The notes under the pieces: generated by a model
What the model was told of the DNA's origin: nothing
The model's database searches: none
The model's input: the letters and a program-made list of their open reading frames with translations, nothing else
Program-made: the position numbers and the translations under genes
Shown: one piece after another, positions 53,051 through 63,751 of the stretch
How positions within the stretch are numbered: the first letter of the stretch is position 1
Layout of the letters: the number at the start of each line of letters is the position of its first letter
Source: an uncultured delta proteobacterium
GTDB lineage: Bacteria; Desulfobacterota; Desulfobacteria; Desulfobacterales; Desulfatirhabdiaceae
Length of the DNA: 64,000 nucleotides
Direction of reading: 5' to 3'
Assembly: GCA_963789395.1 (NCBI GenBank)
Contig: CAWBKP010000024.1
Span: 320,001-384,000, forward strand

Positions 53051-53079
53051 CAGGGAAAACGAAGAATCCCGCTCTGCGA

Positions 53080-53105
53080 TTGCCTTGTTCTTCTGATCAA
53101 GGCAA
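53080..53105. terminator. Hairpin between convergent genes
   Basis: TTGCCTTG-10 nt-CAAGGCAA; no clear U-tract. Confidence 0.35.
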
Positions 53106-53181
53106 CGATTCACCCTGTCCGGTTGATCTGGGGTCAGCGGATCTGGAACGCCTATCACAGGCGAGACTTATTGTGATTGCA

Positions 53182-54384
53182 TCAACTTTTTCTGTGACGA
53201 TCAATTTCTTCCGGGCTGATAAAATAGGCGACATCCTGAATGGTATTTTTCCCCATCAGAAATTTCATGTATTCCACTTCCAGCACCGACTGCAACTGAT
53301 ACTGACTGAGCTGGCGCAAATATGCACCATCTTTTATCGTTTCAGCAATCAGCTTTCCGCCTGAATCAGAATCCGCTTTATATTTTTGTGACAAGTGGGC
53401 GATGTAATTCCCGACTTTATCTCGAAGCTCGTCCGCCGAAAATGTTTTGATGATGGAAAATATCTCCGCCATCTTGTCCGGCTCCGGAAGAGACGGATAT
53501 TCCAGAATTTCTTTTACATTGTTCGTATACCGTTGAATGCCTTTATAGATGTGCTGGTTCTGAACCATGTTCATATCCGCCCATCCCGCGCGCAGCCATT
53601 TGAATATCCCGCAGTGCACCATAGGGCCTGCGGTTTCCTCCTGGATGAATATCGATATGGCATAGGAATCGTACATATATGAATTCACCCATCCCATTCC
53701 CGGTTTGTTCAGACCGTTCTGACCTGAATAGAAATAATCCCAGTTGCCGTCTTTTCCCAAAACCACCCCTTTTTTGCCGATATCCGAAACATTTTTCTGC
53801 TTGGATATGGAAATAAGGACAGGGCGCCCTTGATATTTCATCAATACCAGGGTGCGATTCAGGTCATAGCCATAATAAGCGCCGGTATTCAGATCGGGGG
53901 TTATTTCTTCATGCTCAACTCCGGAGACCATGACCGGTTGATCCAGTCGAGCCAGCATCGCGGATAAATTGGGGGGGGGCTGCTTTTTCCCGTTGACCTC
54001 TGTCCAGTAAGCCAGACGAATCGAAGACGGCGAGAGAATGAACGGCGGAATATTGGGGTTAAATCCGATATCCAGAATATGTTTGAGATCCTCGTGAATA
54101 TCGAATTCATAATAGGCGGATGAAATATTCGTTCGGTTTCCAGGGTAATATAATGCGCGGGTGTCTTTAGACATCCGGACAAATTCAATCACGTTTTCAA
54201 TCTTTGCCGAATCAACGGTCTGGGAATGACCGGGTTCAGCCAGAGATAAGAGATAATTCAACCCGGGATTAACGGTTTCCGGAATCTGAACTTCCTTTTC
54301 GTTCTTGTCCGCGGCTGTTGCGTTCGAGATAAGCGCACTGAATAACAGAAGCAATACATATCGGAGCAATGGTCGAGTTGCCAT
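53182..54384 (-). CDS. Hypothetical exported protein
   Basis: 400-aa ORF with Sec-type signal peptide (..LLLFSALISNATA); no recognised domain. Confidence 0.75.
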   Translation of the reverse strand: MATRPLLRYVLLLLFSALISNATAADKNEKEVQIPETVNPGLNYLLSLAEPGHSQTVDSAKIENVIEFVRMSKDTRALYYPGNRTNISSAYYEFDIHEDLKHILDIGFNPNIPPFILSPSSIRLAYWTEVNGKKQPPPNLSAMLARLDQPVMVSGVEHEEITPDLNTGAYYGYDLNRTLVLMKYQGRPVLISISKQKNVSDIGKKGVVLGKDGNWDYFYSGQNGLNKPGMGWVNSYMYDSYAISIFIQEETAGPMVHCGIFKWLRAGWADMNMVQNQHIYKGIQRYTNNVKEILEYPSLPEPDKMAEIFSIIKTFSADELRDKVGNYIAHLSQKYKADSDSGGKLIAETIKDGAYLRQLSQYQLQSVLEVEYMKFLMGKNTIQDVAYFISPEEIDRHRKS

Positions 54385-54432
54385 GGTGAAATCCTGTATG
54401 TTGAGATTAAGCTGAATAAAATATATGAAGAA

Positions 54433-57084
54433 TCAGACGATCGCTTCCAGAACATCCTGGATTCGGGGTATTTCAGTTTCCGAAAAACAATACTGCATTT
54501 CCTGAAATTGCCTGCGAAATGCGGTGACCTGAGACGTGACCGGTTTGTTTTGAACAATTACTTCCTGCATGAGTTCCGCAAGCGTTTGAAAATCCCCTTC
54601 CTTCATGCCGAACCGCGTCATTTCGGCAACCCCCATCCGCAGTGCGCCAGATGCCGTGAAGCCTTCTTCGTCCGGGGTTGCCTGATAATTGACGATAATA
54701 TGGTTATCTTCCAATCGCCGGGCGATTTCCGGACCCTTGGCATAGCCGACCGAGAGAATTACCTGATGGGTTTCAGTAAAGGAGATTGCCGGATCCCCCG
54801 CCACATTCAGACCGCAGTCATTAAGCGCTGCTGCGAATGCCTTGGCATTGTCAATCACCTGTTTCTGATACGCGGTTTTAAATGCATTCATTTCATAAGA
54901 TGCCATCAACAGGCCCAGCAGCGTTCCCAGATGGTGATTGCTGACAGATCCTGGAAACGCCCTGCGCTCGACAGCTTCCCATAGCGGATATCGTACACAG
55001 TCCCGGCTGAAATCCGATGCAATAACCCCTCTCTGGGTGCCGAAAAAGGTTTTATGGGTTGAGCCCGTGACAATGTCAGCACCTTCCCGGAAAGGATCCT
55101 GGTAAAACGGACCGCAAAGACCCAGTACATGCGCCATATCATATAATAACACACAATCCAGATTATGTGAATCCACAAAAGAGCGGATATCTGCAATCGG
55201 TTCCCGGTGAAGAATCATGCTTTTGCCGAAAATGATCAATTCAGGCTGATACTCGGCGATCAGTTGACAGGCTGCAGCCACATCGATCTGATACGGATTT
55301 TCTTCAAGAACCGGAAAATTGATCACCGATGGTTTTTCGGTCTGGGGATCCCGTGCGACATAGTCTCTTAATGCACCCATGGGCTGGGCGCTCAAATGCC
55401 CGCCCTTGATGATATGGTGATTCAGCACGCGGCGAATCCGGCGCTGTTCGCTTTTTCGGTCGGATCGATTGAGATAATCGCACATGGCACTGAATACGCC
55501 CGTATTGGCCATCTGGCCGGAGATCAGCCGGGTTTCCACCAGGCTGCAGCCAAAATAGGCGCAGAGCTCTTTTTGAAGCAGGTGCTCGACCTTTTCAATG
55601 AAGTCCACGCCCTGATAATAAAAAACATCCGCCTCGCTGAATGCCTTCATTTTTTTGTGTTCAGCATATCTTCCGGAAGGGTCCAGAACGGAAAGCAATC
55701 GAACCAGTTTTGACGGGGTTTGTTCGGAAGGAATGAGGTTGATGCATTCCTGCTGCCTCCAGAGACTGTTCCGGGCGGCATCATCAATGAGTGCATTCAC
55801 CTTCCGGAGAACATCATGCGTGGACGCCCCCTCGCTTTCCGTCTGATAAAGCCGATCAAACAAAATGGGCCGTGCAAAAGGAGGTGCTTCGCTTCTCAGA
55901 TGATAGGGAACGATTACGGCAGGAGTCAATTTCCCGCGGATATCCACATGCAGCACATCCCCTTCACAAAGATCACTGTCAAGAAGGGCAAGCCCGATCG
56001 ATCGCATGCCTTTTTCGGCAGTCAGCCGGGACAGCATGCCCAGACCTGCCACTTTCTGGTAGGGAACCATCGTGCCGCTGGTGACATATCCCACGGATTT
56101 TTCACCGTGATACACCTGACATCCGGAACGGATCACCCCTTTATCGGTCAGGGCCAGCGGGAATATCATGCGGGGAAGATCCAGGATGCGGGAAAAATTT
56201 CGATCCATGTTGCATTGCAGCGCTTGAAACTGTCGAAACAAGGCCGACCTTCCAATGTAGTCGCCTTTTAAACCGGAAAAACTGACAGCTATCCGGCTAA
56301 GCGGCAGGGAGAAAACGGGTATTTCATTTCCATTTTCATCAGCACCCAGTTCATGACCATAGAGGGGAAGTCCGGCTTCAAGTCGAAGCGTGTCTCTGGC
56401 GCCAAGCCCTGCAGGGCAGGCGCCGGCGTCAATGAGATGGTTCCAGAGTGCCGGGGCATCATGGCCGGGTACAAAGAGCTCAAATCCCAATGGTTCTCCG
56501 GTATAGCCGGTTCTGCTGATCCAGGTCGGAATGCCCTTCAGGGTTGCGGTGCTCAACTGGTTTTTCAAGGGCTCCGGGAAATGGCCGGAATCCATGACCG
56601 CGTCAAGAATATCTCTGGATCGGGGTCCCTGAAGGCTTAACATTCCGGTGCTCTCCGTATTGTCGGTCAAGTGGACATCCGGAAAAAGCGGCAGGAAGGA
56701 CTGGAAATGCGCCAGGTCTTTTTCCCGGTTGGAAGCATTAACGACCAGAAGATACGCATCCGGAACGAATCGGTAAAGATAGGCATCATCAATCGCCCCG
56801 CCCTGTTCTTTGGGAATGAGCGTATACTGACTTTCGCCGACTTCCAGGCCGGCGGCATTGTTGGAAAGGACATGCTGAAGAAATGCAAGCGCGGAAGGAC
56901 CGCTGATATGGATGCGACCCATGTGCGAGACATCGAAAATGCCGGCATGATTTCGGGTGCTTAAATGCTCCTGAACAATTCCCGTCCGATACTGAACCGG
57001 CATATTCCATCCGCCGAATGCCACCATCTGTGCGCCAAGCTTCACATGCTGATCATGGATAACGGTATTGAGAAGGTGTTCCAT
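54433..57084 (-). CDS. gcvT: Glycine cleavage T protein fused to serine hydroxymethyltransferase
   Basis: GcvT: FGGWNMPVQY, FDVSHMG, SRTGYTGE, GLGARDTLRLEAG. SHMT: INLIPSE, GGHLS, DMAH, GSTHKTFFGTQRG, SNHH. Confidence 0.93.
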   Translation of the reverse strand: MEHLLNTVIHDQHVKLGAQMVAFGGWNMPVQYRTGIVQEHLSTRNHAGIFDVSHMGRIHISGPSALAFLQHVLSNNAAGLEVGESQYTLIPKEQGGAIDDAYLYRFVPDAYLLVVNASNREKDLAHFQSFLPLFPDVHLTDNTESTGMLSLQGPRSRDILDAVMDSGHFPEPLKNQLSTATLKGIPTWISRTGYTGEPLGFELFVPGHDAPALWNHLIDAGACPAGLGARDTLRLEAGLPLYGHELGADENGNEIPVFSLPLSRIAVSFSGLKGDYIGRSALFRQFQALQCNMDRNFSRILDLPRMIFPLALTDKGVIRSGCQVYHGEKSVGYVTSGTMVPYQKVAGLGMLSRLTAEKGMRSIGLALLDSDLCEGDVLHVDIRGKLTPAVIVPYHLRSEAPPFARPILFDRLYQTESEGASTHDVLRKVNALIDDAARNSLWRQQECINLIPSEQTPSKLVRLLSVLDPSGRYAEHKKMKAFSEADVFYYQGVDFIEKVEHLLQKELCAYFGCSLVETRLISGQMANTGVFSAMCDYLNRSDRKSEQRRIRRVLNHHIIKGGHLSAQPMGALRDYVARDPQTEKPSVINFPVLEENPYQIDVAAACQLIAEYQPELIIFGKSMILHREPIADIRSFVDSHNLDCVLLYDMAHVLGLCGPFYQDPFREGADIVTGSTHKTFFGTQRGVIASDFSRDCVRYPLWEAVERRAFPGSVSNHHLGTLLGLLMASYEMNAFKTAYQKQVIDNAKAFAAALNDCGLNVAGDPAISFTETHQVILSVGYAKGPEIARRLEDNHIIVNYQATPDEEGFTASGALRMGVAEMTRFGMKEGDFQTLAELMQEVIVQNKPVTSQVTAFRRQFQEMQYCFSETEIPRIQDVLEAIV

Positions 57085-57299
57085 AAAAACCCCCTTGAAT
57101 AAAATTGATATGCCGGATATTCCGATCTCCGGAAAAAAGGGACGGGTGTCGCGAATGCGAATCCAAAGTTATTGGCACCATTTGCCGGCCGCATCCGTCA
57201 CATCTTTTCAAGATAATAAAAAATGCCGGCAGAGGTGTCAAACTGATTTTCCAAGAGGGAGAACTGAAACGGATGAGGAAAAAAGCTGAAGAACAGGGA

Positions 57300-57331
57300 A
57301 AGGGGTTGTTGACGGATGTCGACAGCCCCTT
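57300..57331 (-). terminator. Probable intrinsic terminator of htpG
   Basis: Minus strand AAGGGGCTGTCGAC-ATCC-GTCAACAACCCCTT just after the stop codon. Confidence 0.6.
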
Positions 57332-57342
57332 AGCTGACTGGA

Positions 57343-59274
57343 TCAAATGTTTAATGCGCCGGACATCAGATCACCGACCATTTTGGTAAACCGCGACGGA
57401 TTATCCAGCTTGCCCCCTTCACTGATGACGGCCAGATCATAGAGAAGATCGCTGTAGTCTTTCAGAACCGGATCACTGCGTTCCTTGTCATAAATGCCCT
57501 TGATTTTGACCACAAGGGGATGATCCATGTTCAATTCCAGAACCCGTTTGACTTCCGGAGCTTTCTGGCCCGTGGCTTTGAGTATCTTTTCCATGTAAGC
57601 GCTCATGTCATAGGCACTTCCGGACAGGCAGGAGGCCGAGTCCTTCAACCGGGTGGACGGGATCACCTCTTTGACTTTATCGTCCAGGCTGGATTTGATG
57701 AAGCTGAAAAGGGCATTGAACTCCTCTTTTTTGCCATCATCCACTTTCTGGATATCCAGATCCCCTTTTTCAGCGCTCTTGAAGGGCTTTCCTTCAAATT
57801 CAGTCAGCGACTGGACCACCCACTCATCAATGGGATCGGCCATCAGGATGACTTCAAAATCCTTTTCCTTCAGTTGTTCCAGATGGGGACTGTTGAGAAG
57901 GGATGTGAGATTTTCGCCGGTGATATAATAAATGTCTTTTTGCTCGGCTTTCATGTTGGCGATATATTCCGAAAGAGAGATTTTCTTTCCATCGGACTTG
58001 GTGGTCTGGTACCGGGCAAGCCTTGCGATTTTGTCCCGGTTTTCAGAATCCATATGAATTCCGATTTTTAAAATGGACCCAAACTCATTATAGAATTTGT
58101 CGTAAACTTCCTTTTCCATGTTGCCGAGAAGGTCGATTAGCTTTTTGACCAGATTTTTACGTATGTTTCTGACCAGTTTGTCCTGTTGCAGGATTTCCCG
58201 GCTGACGTTGAGATTGAGATCAGGTGCATCCACAACCCCTTTGACAAAGCGGAAATATTCGGGCATCAGATCTTCGCAGTCATCCATGATGAACACCCGT
58301 TTGCAGTAGAGATTGATGCCGTGTTTATGCTCCGGATTGAACAGATCAAACGGAACCTGGGATGGGATATACAGCAGGGCATGGTATTCGGTGGTGCCTT
58401 CGAACTTCATGTGGAGCTGAGTCAGGGGCGGATTCCAGTCGTGGCTGATATGTTTGTAGAATTCTTCATATTCTTCCGGAGTAACATCTTTTTTATCCTT
58501 GATCCAGATAGCCTTCATGGAATTGAGGGTTTCTTCCCGAATGACTTTCCGGGTGGTTTTGCCGACAGGTTTGCCTTCCTTGTCCAGGAGCTGTTCGGCC
58601 TCCGGAATGGGCTCATCCTTTTCAACATCCATCACGATGGGATAACTGACAAAATCAGAGTGCTGCTTGACAATGCGCCGCAGGGTCCATTCATCCGTGA
58701 AATCCGACTCGTCTTTTTCTTTTTTCTTTAAATGAAGGGTGATCCGGGTTCCCCGGGACCGCTTGGTGGACTCTTCGATGGTATAGCTGCCATCCCCGCT
58801 GGATTCCCAGAGGGTTGCCTTGTCTTCACCGGCAGCCCGGGTCAGCAGGCTGACCTTGTCGGCGACGATAAAGGAGCTGTAAAAGCCGACCCCGAACTGG
58901 CCGATCAGCTCAGGGGTCAGCGTGCTCTGCTGCTGGGTTTCAGAAATCGCTTCCAGAAATGCCGCCGTGCCGCTTTTGGCAATGGTGCCGATGTTTTCCA
59001 TCACCTCGTTATAGGTCATGCCGATGCCGTTATCGCTGATTTCGATCGTCTGCTTGATGCCGTCCGGGATTATTTTGATTTTATATTCCGTGTCATCCCC
59101 CAGAATATCTGGCTCTGTCTGGGCCTTGAAGCGCAGTTTGTCAATGGCGTCGGAAGCATTGGATATCAGTTCTCTGAGGAAGATGTCTTTGCTGGAATAC
59201 AGCGAGTTGATGATCAGGTTTAAGAGCTGCTGAACTTCGGTTTTAAATTGCAGGGTTTCTTTTTTCGAGGACAT
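57343..59274 (-). CDS. htpG: Chaperone HtpG (Hsp90)
   Basis: [43 protein letters not shown]. Confidence 0.98.
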   Translation of the reverse strand: MSSKKETLQFKTEVQQLLNLIINSLYSSKDIFLRELISNASDAIDKLRFKAQTEPDILGDDTEYKIKIIPDGIKQTIEISDNGIGMTYNEVMENIGTIAKSGTAAFLEAISETQQQSTLTPELIGQFGVGFYSSFIVADKVSLLTRAAGEDKATLWESSGDGSYTIEESTKRSRGTRITLHLKKKEKDESDFTDEWTLRRIVKQHSDFVSYPIVMDVEKDEPIPEAEQLLDKEGKPVGKTTRKVIREETLNSMKAIWIKDKKDVTPEEYEEFYKHISHDWNPPLTQLHMKFEGTTEYHALLYIPSQVPFDLFNPEHKHGINLYCKRVFIMDDCEDLMPEYFRFVKGVVDAPDLNLNVSREILQQDKLVRNIRKNLVKKLIDLLGNMEKEVYDKFYNEFGSILKIGIHMDSENRDKIARLARYQTTKSDGKKISLSEYIANMKAEQKDIYYITGENLTSLLNSPHLEQLKEKDFEVILMADPIDEWVVQSLTEFEGKPFKSAEKGDLDIQKVDDGKKEEFNALFSFIKSSLDDKVKEVIPSTRLKDSASCLSGSAYDMSAYMEKILKATGQKAPEVKRVLELNMDHPLVVKIKGIYDKERSDPVLKDYSDLLYDLAVISEGGKLDNPSRFTKMVGDLMSGALNI

Positions 59275-59335
59275 GTTATCTCCTGTTTGAAAAAGGGGTT
59301 AAACTGTGATAAAAAATTCAAATAATTTTTTCAAT

Positions 59336-59363
59336 ATTATGGGTTGATTTTTTCAATTGTCAA
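59336..59363 (-). promoter_or_regulatory. Putative sigma70 promoter of htpG
   Basis: Minus strand TTGACA-16 nt-CATAAT, with palindrome TTGA-N5-TCAA in the spacer. Confidence 0.45.
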
Positions 59364-59455
59364 CCCTGTACCCTTCAGGATATTGTAAAGGGTGATGTCA
59401 TCTTTTATAACCATAATAGCGATGCTGCTTACTGTATGAACAGGAGGAATAAAGG

Positions 59456-60142
59456 ATGAAGATTCGAAACGTGCTGCTGCTGGTGCTTGTAGTGGTGACT
59501 GCCACATCCGGAATTTCTGAAGCCGATCAGAAACAGATTCGAGAGGTGGAAGATGCAGTTGAAATCATTAAGGAATTTTCATTAATTCCAGAAAATCGAA
59601 TTCCGCCTTCCCTGCTGAGTAATGCGCAAGCCATCGCCATTATTCCCGGTGTCATCAAGATCGGCTTTATCATTGGCGGAAACTACGGCACTGGGGTGAT
59701 ATCGGTCAGAGACAATTCCGGTAACTGGACAAACCCTGTCTTTATCACCTTGGCAGGAGGCAGTATCGGCTTTCAAATTGGCGTTCAATCCACTGATATT
59801 ATACTGGTATTTAAGTCCATCCGGAATGTGTATGACATCACTGCCGGCAATTTCACCCTGGGCGCGGATGCATCGGTTGCGGTCGGACCGGTGGGTCGGC
59901 AGGCTACCGCGAGTACGGATGTCGCGTTTGATGCTGAAATATACTCCTACTCAGATACCCGAGGCCTTTTTGCCGGCGTATCTGTTCAGGGCTCAGCGAT
60001 TAAGATCGATTATGACGACATTGCCGGCTTCTATGGCAACACGCAGATTGGCGCCAAAGATATTTTTGAAACCCCGGACTTGAGCGCACCTCCTGAGGCG
60101 GCCAATTTCAGGCAGGTACTGACTGAACACACCGGGCGGTAA
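59456..60142 (+). CDS. Lipid-binding SYLF (Ysc84) domain exported protein
   Basis: Signal peptide; IPPSLL..A.AIAIIP..K.GFIIGG.YG.G, GGSIGFQIG, TLGADASVAVGPVGR, YSYS..RGLFAG. Confidence 0.9.
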   Translation: MKIRNVLLLVLVVVTATSGISEADQKQIREVEDAVEIIKEFSLIPENRIPPSLLSNAQAIAIIPGVIKIGFIIGGNYGTGVISVRDNSGNWTNPVFITLAGGSIGFQIGVQSTDIILVFKSIRNVYDITAGNFTLGADASVAVGPVGRQATASTDVAFDAEIYSYSDTRGLFAGVSVQGSAIKIDYDDIAGFYGNTQIGAKDIFETPDLSAPPEAANFRQVLTEHTGR

Positions 60143-60170
60143 CCCGACAGTCAGATGGTGAAATGGGGGG

Positions 60171-60374
60171 ATGGGAGTGGCCACGGTAATTTCTCTGCTG
60201 AAAATGGTTGCTGTACTCATTGCAGCTTCATTTCTGGGCAACTGGTTTTTAACAGAAATAAAAAAAGCGCGTGTTCTTAAAAAACCCTGGTATGCGCCGT
60301 ATCTGACGACTCCGGGACTGCTGATCATTATTGCCTTGTTCATTCCGGTTGTGGTATGGATAATCCAGCATTAG
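60171..60374 (+). CDS. Small 2-TM hypothetical protein
   Basis: Two hydrophobic segments around KPWYAPYLTTPG. Confidence 0.65.
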   Translation: MGVATVISLLKMVAVLIAASFLGNWFLTEIKKARVLKKPWYAPYLTTPGLLIIIALFIPVVVWIIQH

Positions 60375-60408
60375 TGGCATCGCTATTTGCAATATTTTGG
60401 AGACAATT

Positions 60409-60990
60409 ATGACATTTTCTTTTCAGCAGCCGGTATCTGTAACGGAAATCGGCGAATCTCTGGCAAATTTTTCACTGGATCGGGAAAGTGTTCTGTTCGC
60501 TTTGAGCCGACTGCCGGATGAACCTTCCATCAACAAGGTTGCCATTGAATATGAGATTCAGCTTCTTAAAATCCTCAGTGTCGGATGGGCCATTTCCTAT
60601 TTCATGGAAGATCATTCGGAAAAGACCCCGCTGATAAAAAAATTCTGGGACGTCCTGTTTGAATTTTCGAAAAATCTTTCTTCCGTCACGTCGCTGACAA
60701 TCGGCAAGGAAGTGGATTATTTCCGGACGTTGAAAGAACGCATTGATATCTACCTGCAGGCTCTGGCCGAAGTTCCGCAGGTCAAGGATCCGACTTCGGT
60801 GATCGGGCCCACGTTTGCCCGGCTTTGCGGAAATTCGGACGATATTCATGTGATTATGGCCGGGAATCGTATTTTTCATCTGTCCCTTGAAGGTGTGAAA
60901 CATTTTCTGGAGTCCGTCTTTTCGGATACTACCGAGTTGTCAACGCAGAACGCGTACCCGGACAAGCTATATAGCGCCATGGAGTGCTGA
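60409..60990 (+). CDS. Hypothetical protein
   Basis: Open 193-aa frame with SD GGAG; no motif recognised. Confidence 0.7.
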   Translation: MTFSFQQPVSVTEIGESLANFSLDRESVLFALSRLPDEPSINKVAIEYEIQLLKILSVGWAISYFMEDHSEKTPLIKKFWDVLFEFSKNLSSVTSLTIGKEVDYFRTLKERIDIYLQALAEVPQVKDPTSVIGPTFARLCGNSDDIHVIMAGNRIFHLSLEGVKHFLESVFSDTTELSTQNAYPDKLYSAMEC

Positions 60991-61026
60991 GGTATTTTGT
61001 CAGGGTCCCATTCTTTTAACCCCTTC

Positions 61027-61689
61027 ATGTTCTCTCATCCTAAAACCTGTTTTGGCCTGTTACGTCACTCGGTAACGGTTTGGAACCGGAGCCGGCGGAT
61101 ACAGGGTCATGCTGACAGTCCCCTGACTGCGGCTGGCGAGACCCTGGCCCTGCAATGGGGTCAGCTTCTTTCAGAAACCGCCTGGAGTCGGATACTTTCC
61201 AGCGATCTTGGCAGGGCCCGGAAAACCACCGAACTGGTCAACCGGACGCTGAATCTGCCGGTTACGCTGGATTCCAGACTTCGGGAGAGAGACTGGGGAA
61301 AATGGACCGGAAAAACAATACCCCAGCTTAAACGGGAGTTTTCCGACTTATGGGCGCAACAAATCCCATCTCAATGGGATTATTGTCCGCCAGACGGCGA
61401 ATCTTTCCAAAACGTGTGGAAAAGAGGCCGGGAGGCTCTTGAATCCGCATCCGGCCGCTGGCCTGGAAAAAACATTCTGGTTGTCACCCACGAAGGCATG
61501 ATCAAAAGCCTGATATATCATGAAAGCACCTCGTCTGATTTTTTTACGGCCGGTCAACGTCTCATACCGTTTCACCTGCACTGTTTAATTTTTTCAGGCG
61601 GGAGGCTGGCCATAGATCGCCTGAATTTTTTGAATTTGTCTCCGGCAAATGCTCCGCCGGTTCAGCCGTGTACTTTCTCAACCATCTAA
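61027..61689 (+). CDS. Histidine phosphatase family protein
   Basis: LLRHS.T.WN...IQG..DSPL, SSDLGRA, LRERDWGKWTG, GES, VVTHEG. Confidence 0.9.
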   Translation: MFSHPKTCFGLLRHSVTVWNRSRRIQGHADSPLTAAGETLALQWGQLLSETAWSRILSSDLGRARKTTELVNRTLNLPVTLDSRLRERDWGKWTGKTIPQLKREFSDLWAQQIPSQWDYCPPDGESFQNVWKRGREALESASGRWPGKNILVVTHEGMIKSLIYHESTSSDFFTAGQRLIPFHLHCLIFSGGRLAIDRLNFLNLSPANAPPVQPCTFSTI

Positions 61690-61777
61690 GAGCCGGTACG
61701 TCGGTGGTGATGGATCGAATACGTGCCGTTATGCCTGCATGCTTGTTCCATGGTTGCGCTCCAGCCTGATTATTGAT

Positions 61778-62947
61778 ATGAAAATTATTTATTACTGTCA
61801 GCATGTCCTGGGAATGGGGCATTATTTCCGCAGTCTTGAGATATGCAAGGCATTTAGAGATCATGAAGTCATTCTGGTGTCCGGAGGGGTGTCTTTTAAC
61901 ATGCCTGTACCGGAATATATTCGAGAAGTTCAGCTCCTGCCGCTTGGGATGGACCCGGATTTTCGTGGACTGGAATCGGATTCAGACATCGGAACACTCG
62001 AACAAATCAAAGCCGTCCGGCAGCAGACGATGTATGATTTGTTCTTAAATGAATGTCCGGATCTATTCATGGTTGAACTCTTTCCGTTCGGGAGAAAGGC
62101 GTTTGGGTTTGAGCTGATTCCGATTTTTGACGGGATCAGACAAGGCAGGCTTTGCCCGAGCCGGGTAATATGCAGTCTTCGGGATGTTCTGGTTGAAAAA
62201 AAGGATACCCTATCGTACGAATCACGGGTGATCGCTGCCTTAAACAAGTGGTTTGATGCGCTCCTGATTCATTCAGATGCCGCGATCATCAAACTGGATG
62301 ATACCTTTTCCCGGATGACGGATATCCGGATTCCTGTTGTCTATACCGGTTTTGTAACCCCCCGGCCTCGTAAAGGAGATCGGTCGGCTATACGCTGCAA
62401 ACTGGGCATCGGCGACAACAGCCGTTTAATTGTTGCCAGCGCCGGAGGCGGGAAGGTAGGGTTTGCGCTTCTGGATGCCGTGATCAGAGCCTTTAAGAGG
62501 ATAGGGCATGAATCAGATATCTTTTTGCAGGTATTTACCGGCCCGTTCATGGAAAGTAATGCAGTTCGCAGTCTTCAGGAAATGGGCACGGATCGGATTT
62601 CGGTGTCCCGCTTTACATCTGATTTCCCTGCCTGGCTTTCAGCGGCGGATCTTTCCGTCAGCATGGCCGGTTACAATACCTGCATGAACATTCTGGCAGC
62701 CAGGGTTCCTTCCCTGGTCTGGCCGTTTTCGCAAAACCGCGAGCAGCGGCTTCGGGCCGAGCGCATTTCGGAAATGGGCGGAATGCGGATACTTGAAGAT
62801 GCCGACCTTGAGTCGGGACAACTGGCCGGGCTCATGCTCCGGATCCTTACCGAACGGGTCCGGCCCGGGGATTCGGTTGATCTGGAAGGGGCTGAACATA
62901 CGGCGAACTGGACTATTTCCTGGATGTCAACGCAAAGGAACAACTGA
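61778..62947 (+). CDS. GT-B glycosyltransferase (GT28 C-terminal-like)
   Basis: YCQHVLGMGH, ELFPFGR, SAGGG, SMAGYNT, REQRLRA. Confidence 0.88.
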   Translation: MKIIYYCQHVLGMGHYFRSLEICKAFRDHEVILVSGGVSFNMPVPEYIREVQLLPLGMDPDFRGLESDSDIGTLEQIKAVRQQTMYDLFLNECPDLFMVELFPFGRKAFGFELIPIFDGIRQGRLCPSRVICSLRDVLVEKKDTLSYESRVIAALNKWFDALLIHSDAAIIKLDDTFSRMTDIRIPVVYTGFVTPRPRKGDRSAIRCKLGIGDNSRLIVASAGGGKVGFALLDAVIRAFKRIGHESDIFLQVFTGPFMESNAVRSLQEMGTDRISVSRFTSDFPAWLSAADLSVSMAGYNTCMNILAARVPSLVWPFSQNREQRLRAERISEMGGMRILEDADLESGQLAGLMLRILTERVRPGDSVDLEGAEHTANWTISWMSTQRNN

Positions 62948-63751
62948 TGCAGCACCTGCCTTCGCTTTTATGGAATTTACCCCTGACGGATTTGAAACCG
63001 CGGCTTCAGGATTGTGTGGATCAGGCTCTGGATCAGGTTCTGGCTCAGGCCCGTCTTCCCTTGCCATTACGAGTATTTTTTCGCGCAGATGACATCGGTG
63101 TTCCCGGTAAACGATCTTTTTCGCCTACTCGATTTGTTTATTGACTGCCAGACACCGCTGTGTCTGGCAGTGGTGCCGTCCTGGCTCAACCGTCAGAGAT
63201 GGGAGATTTTCGAAAAAATAAGTCAAAAATCGCCTGAACTATGGTGCTGGCACCAGCATGGATGGCGGCATGTCACCCATGAAACACAGGGGAAAAAACA
63301 GGAATTCGGTCCGGTCAGATCCATCGGAGCGATCCAACAGGATATTGTCCGCGGCCGCGAAAAGCTCGAACTGTTGATGAGAGATCAGTTTACGCCCGTG
63401 TTTACCCCGCCCTGGAACCGATGTGACGGCAGAACCCTGGCGATAGTTAAAAACAATGGTTTCAAAGCGGTTTCACGGCATCGTTACAGCATGCCCAGAC
63501 CGCTGAAAGGGCTGCCGGATTTTGCTGTCAATGTCGATCTGCATACCCGCCGGGAAACTTCACCGGAAGCAGGATGGCAATCCCTTTGGAAAGAGCTTTC
63601 AACGGCAATTTTAAGCGGCACCTGTGGGGTCATGATCCATCATCAGCGAATGAACGAATCCGCCTTTGAATTTTTGAAGGTCCTGCTGGAAGTTATGACG
63701 CAGCATTCCCATATCCAGCTGACCCATTTCAAGAATATGCTGCATGCTTAA
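62947..63751 (+). CDS. Polysaccharide deacetylase family protein (frameshift ~63110)
   Basis: FFRADD, LAVVP, HQHGWRH, FTPPWNR, MIHH. Confidence 0.85.

Noticed and set aside
57085..57299. Possible glycine, SAM-I or ZTP riboswitch upstream of gcvT-SHMT (minus-strand fragments TTATC, CCGGCAA, GGTGCCAAT)
   Set aside because: Only scattered fragments; the P1/P2 helices and other consensus elements could not be built.
63018..63048. 12-bp tandem repeat (GATCAGGCTCTG/GATCAGGTTCTG)
   Set aside because: Short in-frame coding repeat (DQAL-DQVL-AQA); no sign of a separate element.
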